Notes: generated by a model from the letters alone, not told the origin. Counted from the whole stretch's first letter, positions 45,901 to 58,534 are shown. The stretch: 63,310 bases of DNA, filler included, from Saprolegnia diclina VS20 (GCF_000281045.1; 5 parts of 4 records of this genome joined end to end with filler, not necessarily neighbours in it), one strand, 5' to 3'. Made by a program: numbers and translations.

Positions 45901-48900
45901 AAGAGCGAGTATATTGAGGCAGCGACCACAGCAGCACGCAAGCTACTTGGTTCACCGCTTGAGATTGTGTTGGATGAATCCTGGTGCCGGGGTATTATCA
46001 TGAACATGCGCATCGAATGGCGCGAAGGCGGTACAAAACTGTCGTTTTTACATCAAGTACGCAGTCTATCCACGATTTGGCTTTCGAATGCGGTGGCGTA
46101 GGTGCTTTTGGCGTCGGCTACGTCCGTGTGGCTTGACCTCTCGACGGTACCTGTCTTGTGAAAAGACAATGCACGGCAATACCTCCATAGGTCAAATATG
46201 TTCTCGTTGTAAATGAGATGGACGTTGTCGTCGCACAGTCACGAGCACACGAGATCGAGGAAGAAGTGCATTTGGCTCAACAGCGCCACGTCGCACTTCA
46301 AATGGAGACGACCAAGTCGCTCTTGGAACTCGAGCGAGAGTATTTGGTCATTATGAACCAAGAGGACGCGGCGTTTGAAGACGCAAAAGGCCGCGACCTC
46401 CTTCGGCGCGAGAAGGCACTACAACAAGAGGCGACGCGCGTGTGCCACTACGACCCGCAAGTCGTGTCTCTGCTCGAGCTTGAGGCGCACCGTCTTTGTC
46501 GGCGCGTCGATGTGCACGAGTCGTTTGACGCGACTCTGCGTCTCCTCCAGCTCAACTACGTTAAAGAGACGGTGCAGTCCCGCATGCAATTCATCCACAA
46601 AACGTGGGTCCGAAAAAACACGCGGCGACTCGAGAAACGTAAGCTCGAGCGACGCGCGCGCAAGATCAAGTACGACCAGTCCATTGCGGCCAAGCGCGAG
46701 ATCGTCGCCAACGAAGAACCCGAGGTCGTATCGAAAGTGATCGACCCGCGGACCGACAACAATGGCCATCACCGCATCGTTCTGCGCATTCCCAACTTTG
46801 AGAAAGCCGTTGCGCCCGGCCCGGCCTGTACCCACGCGTAACAGTCTCGTTCTGCATGCCGTAGCTCAACGTTTTTCGTCTATAGGCACGTGAAATCGTG
46901 GGGTAGTCTCTATGGTCAAGGACTACGCTGCAAAGACTGTGGCCGAGAAGTTGCGCACCTAGAAAACGAAGGCAGCGAGGGTGCCCGTGGACCCGACCCA
47001 GCGCTGGACCGAGATGTCGAGCGGCATCGTGAAAATGAAGCGAGCTTTCGGTTTACATCGGCGGCACAGCTCGCGCGCGTCGAGGCTGAGCGCTTGCGAC
47101 TGGAAAAAGAGCGCCGAGAAATGGAAATTTTAGAGACGCGCGGGTACGACTCCGTGCACAGCAAAGGTAAACCTTGTCACTTGTCAATGATTTTGTATTG
47201 AATGGTTTTAGCCATAACGGAGCTCAACTTTCGGCATGGGATTGACCGCGAAAACGCCGCACTCGTTGCAACACGCAATCGCGAGGACCGTCATGCTGCG
47301 TCGTACCGCGACGAAATCAGCTTCTACGCCCGGATCAATCAGTTTCGATATCGTCTCGGCTTGATTTTGAAGCTTCGGAGTGACTTGTACGAAGCGCGGG
47401 TGCTCGAGGTGCGTCTCTCCGTGTCCCGGTTTCTATTATACACACCAATTGGTAGTTGGAAATGATCACATCACTCCACATGGACCGCGAAAGGACGGAC
47501 GGGACAATCGCGATCGTTCAAGTTGAACAAGAAGCCGCGCGGGAGCTCTTACGTCGGCGACGAGAAGCCATAGCGCAGTACGCCGCGTCGGCTGAAAACC
47601 TCAAGGCGTGTTTGATCGAAAAGCAGGTACCCGCCAGTATTGATATCTTACACAATTGATAACGCTATGCCGTAGCTCGCCATCCAAGCACGACAAGGCG
47701 TCGAAGAGGACGCCAAGTTTGCTATGCTGCACGCCCTTGCCCTCGACCACACCAGCGCGACGATGCGACGACTTTTTCTTCAGGCCCAGGACGAGCGTGG
47801 TCGTGTACGTGATGCGGTTCGCGATGCCAAAGAAGCGCGCGAAGCTGCCGTTGCCTTTCGACGAACCCTCGCCGACAGTCTTTTAGCCCTCTTTTATCGC
47901 CAAAAAGGCACCAAGGTACTTGCATTCTGCCTCAAACGCGATGCATCATTTCTTTAGGTGCACACGATCTATGGGGCCGGCCACGTGCTGTACTACCGCG
48001 AGGTGGACGCCGTTGTGGCCGTCAAGCTCGAGGCGTGGAAAGCCACTGTTTTCCAGCCCCTTGCACTTTTCGTACATGCCGACAAGGCCAAGCAACAGGC
48101 CGAAGCACTTCACATGACGACAGCTGAGGCCGAGATGCGCGCCTTTGTAGTCGGCGAGCGGGCGCGGAACGCGATGGAGCTGGCCCTCATGCGCGAGGAA
48201 GAAGCGCAGTGCCAAACGATCGTGGCGTGGGCGGTGCTCAGCGCCGCACAGAACGCCCGCATGGACGAAACGCTGACGCAGTGCGAGCTTCGTATACAAT
48301 TCCAACTGCAAACAAAAGCCGCCAAGGTTGAACTGGCTGCAGCCGCGTCGGCCGAGGCGACGAAAGCGCACACGAGTAAGATCAAAATCGTCAAATCCGT
48401 TTGGCAGCCGCTGCGCAAGCCACCTCGCAAGTCCATATTTGCGCGCTCCAAGCCCGCATTAGCTGGCGCAAAGCCGCTTGTTGTCGTTGCACAGCCAGAC
48501 GACAAACCAACGCCGCCGCCCAAGCCGGTCAAGCAGTCCAAGGTTGACCACGTGCGCCTCGTGCGAGCATGTCATAAGCGAATGTACATGGACAAGGTCG
48601 AGCAAGAGCTTTTGCGGTCGCGTGCAGCGCTCGCGGCGCAGTTTGGGGCGGAGCGAGAACGCCACTTGCGAGCACAGGTATGTGATGGGAGCGTCGTCAT
48701 TGTGCGATACGAAAACATGCTAGGTGCAAACCGAGTACCTCTATGGGTTTCTCGCCGACTTGCTCGCAGACATCGCGGCCGAGACGATCGCCGAGGGCGA
48801 GGCGAGCACGCGCGAGCTCGAGGTCGCATCCAACGTGGTCTTTTCCATTCCGCACCCGCATCTGCAAGTGCATTTGTATCGCGCGCTCCTCCGACAAATG

Positions 48901-51369
48901 CAGGGACATACGCTCCAGCTTCAAGTGATGCAGCGATCGTGGGCGCGCCAGATTCAGCGATTGCGCTGCGTGCAAGCCGAGGTTGCACGGCGGAAAGCCC
49001 TCTCAGCCGCCATCGAGGCCGAGCGCAAGCGCATCGAAGCGCTGTGCAAAGAAATGGCCCGCGAAGAAGTCTTTTGTCGACGCTTTTACCGTGAAGAGAA
49101 ACGCTTGATGCTGCAAGAGTCCCGCACCATGCAGCTCGCCGAGGTGCCACCTTCGAATGTCGTAATCTTGCAATTCACACTGCATCGTAGAACGAAATGC
49201 GCGAGTACATTCGCCAAGTCGAGCTGCAAAAGATGCTCGCGCAGTTTGATGCCCTCGGCGCGGACGCCAACAAGAACATGTCGAGCAAGGAGGCACGGCG
49301 ACTCGAAATCAAAATGAACAAGCGCGAGATCAAGCGACTTGCGATCGAGTGGGCGCTCGTCAAGAAAGAGGACGAGCTCGCTTTGGCGGTATCTATACAA
49401 TTGCAGTCTGACGCCTGTCGATCACTGTAGCTACGCGAGGTCTTTTTGAAGGAGGAGCGCGACGCGCTCTACGAGCAACAGCAACTCGAATTTATGCTCG
49501 AGCAAGCGGCGTTTCAAGACTCGGACAATGAAGACGACGACGACGATGCGCCCAACGTTGTTGTGGACGCACACACGCTCGTCGAGCACGCCAACAATAC
49601 TGAGGTCGCGTCGGCCTCGCCATTAACACGCGACGAACTCAAGCAGGCCAACCGTCGGGAAAAGCGCCGTGAAGTGCAACGTCTCGCAGCCATCAAGAAA
49701 GCCGAGTTTGCCCATCAGCTCAACGAAGAGTACATGATAGCAGCCGCCGAAACCTTTCACAGCGTACACCACGCAGCGTCAAACATGATGACTGTACAAT
49801 GCATTTCTAGGTTGCGACCGCTGAGCTCTGCGTCCTGAAGACGACGCAGACATTACATGTCTTGCAGCGCCGGTCCATGGACCTTGTCCAAGTCGGCGCT
49901 ATGCAGGTGGATATGCGCCGATGTCTTCAGCTCGCGCAGCAGGTCATGGCGGGCGCACTACAGAAGAAGGCTTTTGCAGAAGCGTGCATTGCGCGCTGCA
50001 TTGCTGCTGAGGTCCAATCCGGGCACTTGTTGCTTGGCGTCATGTGAATTGATCTAGGCGGCGCTCGAGCGCGCGATCGTCAAGGAGAAAGCCGACAACA
50101 TTTTCATGATCAAAACCGTGCGCGAGACGGCCTTTATGGACTCGGCCGTGCTCCACAAGCGCGTCCAGCGCTTCCGCACCGAGTACCTCGCGGGCCAGCT
50201 TTACACGTACGCGCTCCATCGATTGGTATTTGATGTACTAATGTGCTGCAGGCGGTATTTTGAGCTGCTGGTCGATCTTGTTCTCTACCGCACGATGGCC
50301 GTCTCGGCCGAGCGCAATCTCTTTCGCCTCACGGACGAAATTGAGCGCCTCGACACCGAGAGTGCGACGAAAGCGGCGCAGGTCGCAGCACTATGGCGCA
50401 AACACAACCGTAGTGCCCGTCTTCGCCTCTTGTATCGTGTCTTGAAAGTCGTAGCTCGCGCTAGATGGTGATGATTAGGCGGTCGGAGCTCGGTCGGCGC
50501 TTCTTCCGAAAGGAGCGCCAGCGCGCCCTCCAGCGCGCGTTCCAAGGTGCTGGGATCAAATGCTTTGCTGGTATCTAAGCACCACGTAGGCTTGGTCAAG
50601 GTGTGGACGCACGCAGTCATTGTACGCAACGCCTACGATTTACGCTACACGCTGCTTCGCCAAGAAGGGCAGCTTCAGAAGCTCGAAGCCATGGAAGTTC
50701 CCGAGGTGCGCCTTTGTCCAACGCTGCTCGCCCAGTGTATATTCGGACGACTAGGTGGCAGTGCAAGAAACGGAAGCGTTGCCGCGTGAGACCACGACGA
50801 CGCTACGCAAGTTCCAGCACCGCTGGATCACGTGCCGGCTCTGCAAAACACGGTTCGTTTCGTTGGCCCGCGATCCCGGATGCCACATGCAGCTCTAGGT
50901 ATTCAGACGCGCAGAACAATCGGTTTGCGTGCGTTTACCACCCGGGCACGTACGAGGTCGCTTGCGTCAAGTCGTGTGGCACGCGCAAGGGCGGTCCGAT
51001 CCAGGCCAACTGCATGCTGCATCGAGCCAAGCGCTGGCTCTGCTGCGACCAAACCATTGAGGTATCATCCCCTTCCGGTAGTAATCTCGCTGTACGTTGT
51101 CACAGGGCGCCTTCGGCAGCACCGGGTGCAAGCGCCGGTTCCACCTGCCGACGCGCGACGACCCGACAATCGCAGCGACTGTCGCGGACGCCGAAGCCAC
51201 CGAGAAGATCAAGCTCGAGGCCGTGACGTCGGAGCTAGTCGCGCTTCAACAAGCCAATGTCTCGGGCAAAGTGTACTCCGCCTTTCGGGATCAGCTCGGC
51301 ACAATTGAAGCCGGCTTGGTCGCTGCCCGCGCGAAGGTCGTCGAGTTCGATGCGTTTCATAAGCGCTAA
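42933..51369 (+). CDS. Very large multi-exon coiled-coil hypothetical protein with Cys/His zinc-binding motifs
   Basis: Continuous chain of E/R/K/L-rich exons with short introns; CTH..CKDCG; C-terminal CVYHPG..RWLCC..GCKRRFH; could be more than one gene. Confidence 0.7.
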
Positions 51370-51884
51370 CACACGCTCGCGGGTTTTTACGCTTTGAGAC
51401 TCGACAGGCAACTTCAACCTGAGCGGCTCCTCGCCTGCGAGGCTTCCCATAGGGGGGATGCCACATCCGTCCGGCGGTGCGCAACTGACCAGCGACACCT
51501 CTCTTGCAATATATATGTACCGACCGACCTATACTAAGTAGCCTGCACGCTATTGGCGTCGCCCATGGCTTTGCCTTGCATGACAAGGCCGCGTCCAAAA
51601 TTTCCACCGTGGGAATTGCGTTTCCCGCGTGTCTGGCGTGGCCTTTCCAGCCACCGCGCGCTGCCTCTGGGAAGTGACCAGTTTGTGTCAGGCACGTGCG
51701 ACGTGGCGCCAATCCTCGCTTGCAGAGTTGTAATACCAGCTTGTGATTGGTCCGTCGTGTCAAACGGTGCTGGACACGACTTGTGTGACCTCGACCATCG
51801 GTGCAGATTGCATGTGAAATTTCGGTTCGAAGAAACGAACGGCGAGTGTGTGCGCCCTCTACCAACGCCCTTTGATTATGAACG

Positions 51885-51898
51885 TCACTTTCTAATTT
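51885..51898 (+). promoter_or_regulatory. INR+FPR core promoter of microprotein 1
   Basis: TCACTTTCTAATTT ending 6 nt before the ATG; similar motifs at 52711 and 53893. Confidence 0.6.
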
Positions 51899-51904
51899 GC
51901 CAGC

Positions 51905-52120
51905 ATGAACACATTTCACCCGTACCACCGCTTTATGAGCGACGCGGCCATTAACCAAGCCAAAATTGAGCGCGGTCGTAGCAAGACCAACGAGAAGCGC
52001 ACATCCAAGCGCGACGGTGAACAAGGCGACAGCGACGACGATCTCGGCCGCGGTGTGAACAATCACTCGGGTTCCAGCCTCTCTAACCGCGATTCGACCG
52101 ACAGTTTCATGTCCAAATGA
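51905..52120 (+). CDS. MNTFHP-family microprotein 1 (71 aa)
   Basis: Paralogous to 52752 and 53932, with mainly third-position changes in conserved blocks. Confidence 0.8.
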   Translation: MNTFHPYHRFMSDAAINQAKIERGRSKTNEKRTSKRDGEQGDSDDDLGRGVNNHSGSSLSNRDSTDSFMSK

Positions 52121-52751
52121 TATGTCGAACCCTCTCGTAATATTTACAATTAATATTTAAAAGTTTGCCACGTCATGACACATAATTGAGCCTTGGCGAA
52201 CGCTTCGTTCCGTCCTACCGGTACCAGTGCACGACACAAAGCAGCATGATCCGGCGTTGAAGCGCGGTTGCACATCCCGCTTTGTAGCTCCTTGCGACTG
52301 TAGTATATACACTTGCACTACGCGACGGTTTCCTCCATCCTTCTTCGAGCGCTCGCAGCCAGTGTGCTCTTGGAAACCCACCACCAGTGGTTCAGCACAT
52401 CCTTTTGGGCTCGTTCACAGACTGACGTGCGCCGTGGCTCGTATGGCTCAGATTGCTCGGCCTGCTTGCGAGACAGAGACCATGGTGGGTTGACTTGAAG
52501 GTCTGCGAGTTGACGGGCCTTTTTACTGTGTAAGGTCCGTCCTCTCTTCTCGAATGTACCAGTACCACGCGCGTAGAATGGACACGGAGGTGAATTTCTC
52601 TGAGCTTTCTTGCGCAGCGATGTGGCGTCAATTACTCCCATCGCACGTACGCGCGTGAAACTGAGATTGCGGATACAGGTGGGATCGCTCGTCTTCTTTG
52701 GAGAAGGTTCTCCATTTACGAACTTGCCACCCAGTGCCCATACTACCGACC

Positions 52752-52958
52752 ATGAACACGTTCCATCCACACCATCGCTTCATGAGTGACGCGACGATGG
52801 CGCAGGCCCGTATTGCGCGCTCTCTCAGCAAGACCGACGACTCCAAGGACGGAAAGAAAGCAGCAGGCGACGACGGGCCGCGCGATGCCAACCTCTCGGG
52901 CTCGAGTATTTCCAACCGCGTCTCTGGCGACAGCGTTGCGAGCACCGCGTCCAAGTGA
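52752..52958 (+). CDS. MNTFHP-family microprotein 2 (68 aa)
   Basis: MNTFHPHHRFMSDA..QARIAR..NLSGSSISNR. Confidence 0.8.
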   Translation: MNTFHPHHRFMSDATMAQARIARSLSKTDDSKDGKKAAGDDGPRDANLSGSSISNRVSGDSVASTASK

Positions 52959-53931
52959 TTGAGATGCTCGCGCCTAATTCTATTTATATTCGCACGCCCA
53001 TAAAACTTGTCGAGAACGCGTTTGACTTAAGACTTGGGCATTGTTGACCTTCTTGAGGAACGGTCTTTGGAATCTGCGGATTCGATCCATCTGCCCCACG
53101 TGGCATGGTGCAAGAAAATGGTGCGCGACAGAGACCATGACCGTGGAGTCAGATCCGCGTGATTGCTCGACTTGATAAAAACACGAAGCGCGCGAGCGGT
53201 CACACGCGCGGAAGCGCCGTGCCAATAACTTGTATATAAATGCGTCCAGTTTGCCGATCAACGGAGAATATTCGTGGGATCATTTCAGGCAAACGTACAA
53301 GCTTCGTTGACAAGGGGCTTAGTCCAAACCATGGTGTATGCACATATATCGTCGTCTATTACTTCATATATATATTTTCATACGACGATGGCAAGATTTG
53401 GACATGGCAAGGTGCAACATTAAAATATTTACATCCCATGTGGGACCTTAGACGCGATTGCGGCGGATGAGATCGGGGTATAATCCGTGCACGAAGCAAA
53501 GAGCCGAGGGTCTGATGTGCGATTGTTGCTGATGGTTGAGCTCGCGGTTGCAGTCATTGCTGCAACCTATGCAGCAAAAGCGGATTGTGTTGTGCATTGT
53601 ATGATCCAAATATTTTCCATGGGTGACGCATACCTGTCCCGTCACTTGTGGACGCGAGGACACCAAAATAAAGAACATGCCAGACGATGCGAGATTGGTG
53701 ATGGCCACGACCAGACACAGTCTCAGTCACACGGTCACTGAATTTCGCGCCGCCTGCACAGTGTGAAATATTTTTGCGTTGTAAAGTTATGCTGACAGCG
53801 ATTACTGCCACGAATGAGCTCGTCCGCGGGGAATAGATATGGATATGTGGGACTGGGTCAGCCTTCGCTTCAGGTGTAGTCGCGTTTCTGGTTCATTTCC
53901 CAATTGGTCCGCCCAAACACACTACCTCATA

Positions 53932-54147
53932 ATGAACACATTCCATCCGTACCGCCAGTACATGAGCAATGCCCCTCTGGTCCAAGCCAAAATCGACCGT
54001 GCGCGTGCGAGTGCCTCCGACAAAAATACAAAGAAGGACAACAACAACGACGACAGTGACGACAGTGTTCGGGGCGTCAACTTGTCTGGCTCGAGCATCT
54101 CCAGCCGCGGCTCGCTCCAGAGCGGTGTGAGCACGTCCTCCAGCTAA
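53932..54147 (+). CDS. MNTFHP-family microprotein 3 (71 aa)
   Basis: MNTFHPYRQYMSNA..QAKIDR..RGVNLSGSSISSR; TCATTTCCCAATT upstream. Confidence 0.8.
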   Translation: MNTFHPYRQYMSNAPLVQAKIDRARASASDKNTKKDNNNDDSDDSVRGVNLSGSSISSRGSLQSGVSTSSS

Positions 54148-55011
54148 CCAGCGGAGCTCAGCGAACACCTATTTAACATAAGTCTACCTATTTCTCACTT
54201 ATACAAGCTGATTTATCTTGTCGCGCTTACTACTACACCCTTGTATGGTGTTCCGGTGATTTTGAGACTCTCGAGAGCCATCGACGGAGTACACCGAACC
54301 ATCAATTTCCACGGCCTTGGTTCTTGTGTCGCATGGGAACGCACCGTGTGAACTCTGGTCCACTTCCGGCCAAGGTATCGAAGTCTGTTTGTGGTCAAAA
54401 GCAATTCAACAACGCGGTCGAGAGACTTGGATAACGAGCTCAAATGAGTGTCTGTACGCTGGAGGAGCTGCTGGAGGCTACTGCTACGAGCTACGGAGGA
54501 ATACCTCGCACAGCATCTAAGCCATTTATATCCTTCGTCGCGGAACTGCACTAACCGACGCTGTGGAGATGACTGGCTTACGATGCTCGATAAGATTTGT
54601 GCCGGGCCTCGGCTTCTGTGAATAGGTTTGTCACCGAGCACTGCCGCTGGTCCACATGAAACCAACTCAGGCAGCGGCCCATACGGATTCTGTGTGGACC
54701 AGTTAATCTTGCGCGCACTCCACTTACTGTACATGTACGTGGCCAACGGCGGTGACGCATCCTCCACTGACCATGCTGACCACCAAGAGATCCAAAAGCG
54801 AAATCTGCGTGCACTCGTTCAACTACATAGCTTTATACTTGAACAAGCTGCCGTAGGTATTTGTGCAGTGTTAACAGGCCGAGATTTGCTGTGTGTGCTG
54901 GCGCAAGCCCGATCCTGGTTCCACTCAAGAACATTAATATTTCCTTGACAAATATCTTTTAACCACTGGTGACGCGTACAAGCAACACCACGAGATAAAT
55001 CGTACTAGTAC

Positions 55012-55111
55012 NNNNNNNNNNNNNNNNNNNNNNNNNNNNNNNNNNNNNNNNNNNNTTAATTAATTAANNNNNNNNNNNNNNNNNNNNNNNNNNNNNNNNN
55101 NNNNNNNNNNN
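55012..55111. other. Assembly gap with linker
   Basis: N-run with TTAATTAATTAA. Confidence 0.97.
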
Positions 55112-55150
55112 CGCTGTCATTTTTCGATTTTCTCAACCAGACAAACGGAT

Positions 55151-55663
55151 ATGACCAGCACGACGACGGTGTGTATCTTTGACGGCTGCGCGCTCCCGAG
55201 CCGCCCCAACTCGGTCAAGTGCATGTTCCACCGTAACCGCGGCGTTTGCAAGACGCCCCACTGCCACAACCAAGTGTACGCGCGCCAGCTCTGCGTCTCG
55301 CACGGCGGGCGCAACCCGTGCCAAGAGCCCGGCTGCGACGCCAACGCCCGCCTCGGGCAGTACTGCTGCCGCCACAGCATCGCGGCCAAGAAGCGCCTCG
55401 GCGTCGCACCGAGCCCGCGTCCGTGCCGTTTCGAGGGCTGTCTCACTGCCGCACGCACCGGCGGCTACTGTTGGCGTCACCGGCACCGGCCGTCGCTGGC
55501 TGGGATCGAGCCGATCCCTGTCCATGCTATGGAGCACGAGTTGAGCATGGACGATGATATGCTCGATCTTCTGCGGCTACTGCTCGGCGATGGCGCCACC
55601 CACGGGTGGAATGAAGCGACAATGCGCACGCCCCATCACGCGGGTGGCACCGAAATGATTTAA
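55151..55663 (+). CDS. CCCH-GG repeat ('WRKY19-like') zinc-finger protein 1
   Basis: CHNQVYARQLCVSHGG, GGYCWRH; INR-like TCATTTTTCGATTTT upstream. Confidence 0.82.
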   Translation: MTSTTTVCIFDGCALPSRPNSVKCMFHRNRGVCKTPHCHNQVYARQLCVSHGGRNPCQEPGCDANARLGQYCCRHSIAAKKRLGVAPSPRPCRFEGCLTAARTGGYCWRHRHRPSLAGIEPIPVHAMEHELSMDDDMLDLLRLLLGDGATHGWNEATMRTPHHAGGTEMI

Positions 55664-56307
55664 TTTTTATGTATTCACAAGTACCCAAGACTTTTCTGTT
55701 TGTATGGCTCCGACCAACAACTACCGGCAGCATGGTGGACGGGGCGCTCGACGCAGTGTCCTTGCAGTGAGCTGCTGGCACAGCCATAGGAAGGGCTATC
55801 CTCGTAGGCGTGGAACACAGTACCATACGTAGTGCACCGACGTCGGTATTGGGTACGGCTACTCCGCATCAACCAAAGGATCGAGCGGCGAGCTGGTCGG
55901 AGGTCTTGTGAGTAACACAGCAGCGGCGCAGCTCCATTGTCGCTGGCACCGAGAGACCACCTCCGTCGAGGTGGCTTCTTCGATCTTTGTGCTTGCCGGG
56001 AATGCTGTGCAAGGTCGAGTGAGTGATGCACCAACGTTGAATCTTTCCGTCGTTATCAAGTCCGACTGGATCATTTTCCGCACGATATTGCACAGCAGCG
56101 TCTGTGCCGCCGCTCTCGTCCATTATGATAGCACCTGCGCTTCGGCAAGCATCAGCCAGTGGCGCCACCCTAGGAATGCACCCGCCTTTTTATGGAACGA
56201 GAGATCTTTTTAGCACCGTCCGTTCATGCAGCAGCTTGCCAATGCACTGTGCCACTACTTGACCTGCTGGCTCCGAGCATTGTTTTCAAAGCATTTTTCA
56301 TTTTGCC

Positions 56308-56862
56308 ATGACCTGCCGCTTTAACAAGTGCACCATGCCGTCGCTGCTGCTCAGCAACAAGTGCGAGTTTCACCGGAATCGCCGGTCGTGTCAATTCAAG
56401 GGCTGCCACAACCAAGTATTTGCCCGCAACCTCTGTGTTCGTCACGGCGGCAAGCGCCTCTGCATCCACCCTGGGTGCCCGTCGAACGCGCGGACAGCCG
56501 GTTGCTGCGCGCGCCACGGCCCCGCCACGCCCAAGCGCACATGCAGCGAAGTGAGCTGCGATAACATCGCGCATCGACTTGGGAGGTGTATTCGCCATGG
56601 CGGCGGCCGCCCGTGCAAGGCGCGGGCGTGCTCGACGCACGCCCGCAGCGGCGGCTACTGCTGGCGCCACCGCCCAAGTATTGCCTCGTTGCCCGCAAGC
56701 CTCGTGTCCGAGGACCTCGAGTCGCCTCGATGGGAAGCGCTTGACACGCTCGACGCGTCCATTTTGGCTAGCGTCCTGGAAGCCGTACACCCGGGCTGCC
56801 TCGTCACGCCGCAGGGGACGCCCGCCACGAGCGAGACAAGCGATTTTGTCGTGGCACTTTAG
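56308..56862 (+). CDS. CCCH-GG repeat zinc-finger protein 2
   Basis: CHNQVFARNLCVRHGG, CIRHGG, GGYCWRH. Confidence 0.85.
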   Translation: MTCRFNKCTMPSLLLSNKCEFHRNRRSCQFKGCHNQVFARNLCVRHGGKRLCIHPGCPSNARTAGCCARHGPATPKRTCSEVSCDNIAHRLGRCIRHGGGRPCKARACSTHARSGGYCWRHRPSIASLPASLVSEDLESPRWEALDTLDASILASVLEAVHPGCLVTPQGTPATSETSDFVVAL

Positions 56863-57871
56863 TAACATGACATGGTATTAATAACACATGTGACGCGTTT
56901 ACTCTCGGTCTCCATCTGCGTTTCCGGTCGTCACGAAAATGGTGCTTTTGAACATTGACCCTCGATTCGAAATAGCGTCGTGGTGGGTGGCGTTTTGGAG
57001 TGTTTGACGGAAGAGCGCACTGGCCGCAATACCAGCCATGAATACAAACCGATGGCATGCTGAGTCGTTCTGTCAAGTGATACTGGTAAAAACAGCCCCA
57101 AGCTATCATTCACGTGGCTGGCCATATGGCACCACTAATGGCTACCGTGGCAACGACGCACCCACGCACTGAGGCGCCCACGTAAGCATCGACCGGTCCC
57201 GATCATTTCTGCAACTGAAACTTTATCTCGATTTCACAGCGAATTTATGGTACGCAATTTTCCTGTTGCCACCCTATCAGGACCACCCAAATTCCTCTTT
57301 GAAGCGCAACTTCCTACCACTTCCTACTACTCGGTGTCGCAATAGACTTGCGTTGGGGTGCAGTACTGTACTCTGTGGTTGGCGTGTTCTCAAGGTATCA
57401 TTCACATGCAAATCGCGCCGCTGGTGTACGATAGGAAAGGTTTACTGTAGCTCCAGTAGCTTGGGCGACGGAATGGGAATGGGCGGGAAGGAGCTCGGTA
57501 GTCTGCGACTGGCTCGCGGTTTACTAAGAGGGGGATGGTCTCAGCCGACAAAGACTCGAGTCGCAACGCTGATGTCGCACACGCCTGGAACGGCAGAGCG
57601 ATTCAGTTTCCAGCGGGATTACGAGTGAAATGACCAGAAACCACCACCAATCAAATCGTAGCTGCCGATGTGGCTTGCTGGCCAATACGCAGCGCCAACC
57701 GGTTGTGGACCCGCAGATTTATCATTCGTTTCTCAAAGCCAACGGAATGGAAACCTTCTCGTGTACGTTGCCACGTCTTATACCGTATGGTCCTCTCCAC
57801 GCCGGTTTGGCACGCGACTGGCCACTGGTATCATTCTACAATTTCCCAACACCCCGAACAATCAACACAAC

Positions 57872-58534
57872 ATGGAGTGCTACTTCAACGGCTGCGAGCA
57901 CCCCGCGCGGACCGGCGAGACCACCTGCGACTTTCACAAGCACCGCCGCGCCTGCATCGTGCCCGACTGCCACAACCAAGTCTTTGCGCGCCAGCGCTGC
58001 GTGCGCCACGGCGGCAAGCGCCAGTGCACCGCGCCCAACTGCTCGGCCAACGCGCGCAAGGACGGCGTGTGTGCGCGCCATGGCGCCCGCATTGTCAAGC
58101 GCGTCTGCATGATCGAAGGCTGCACCAACGTCGCCCACCGCGACAACAAGTGCATTCGCCATGGCGGCCGCCGTCCGTGCAAGATCGACGGCTGCGAAAC
58201 CCACGCGCGCAGCCGCGGCTACTGCTGGCGCCACCGCCCGGCGTCGCTGACACCGAACGAGGACGCAGCGGGCACGGACGGCGACGATGTCTTTAGCAAC
58301 GACGACAGCTCGGTCAGTGGCGGCGACAACGTCAATCGAGACAGTGACAAGAACGGCGTCGCCACCGTGCACCTCCCGAGCCTGGACGTGACGTTGTCCG
58401 AGTCGGAGCAGTACGCGCTCGCCGAGGAATACGACCGCGTGCGCAAGATTGACTGGGATATCCTCAATGTACTCTGTCATGCTGGCTTTAGCGCCACCAT
58501 GACCTACGCTGTCCCAATGAACTTCTCGCAGTAG
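57872..58534 (+). CDS. CCCH-GG repeat zinc-finger protein 3
   Basis: CHNQVFARQRCVRHGG, CIRHGG, RGYCWRH; INR+FPR TCATTCTACAATTT at 57831. Confidence 0.85.
   Translation: MECYFNGCEHPARTGETTCDFHKHRRACIVPDCHNQVFARQRCVRHGGKRQCTAPNCSANARKDGVCARHGARIVKRVCMIEGCTNVAHRDNKCIRHGGRRPCKIDGCETHARSRGYCWRHRPASLTPNEDAAGTDGDDVFSNDDSSVSGGDNVNRDSDKNGVATVHLPSLDVTLSESEQYALAEEYDRVRKIDWDILNVLCHAGFSATMTYAVPMNFSQ

Noticed and set aside
54213..54948. Overlapping ORFs of 184 aa (-) and 106 aa (+)
   Set aside because: No motif or codon bias; at most a decayed remnant
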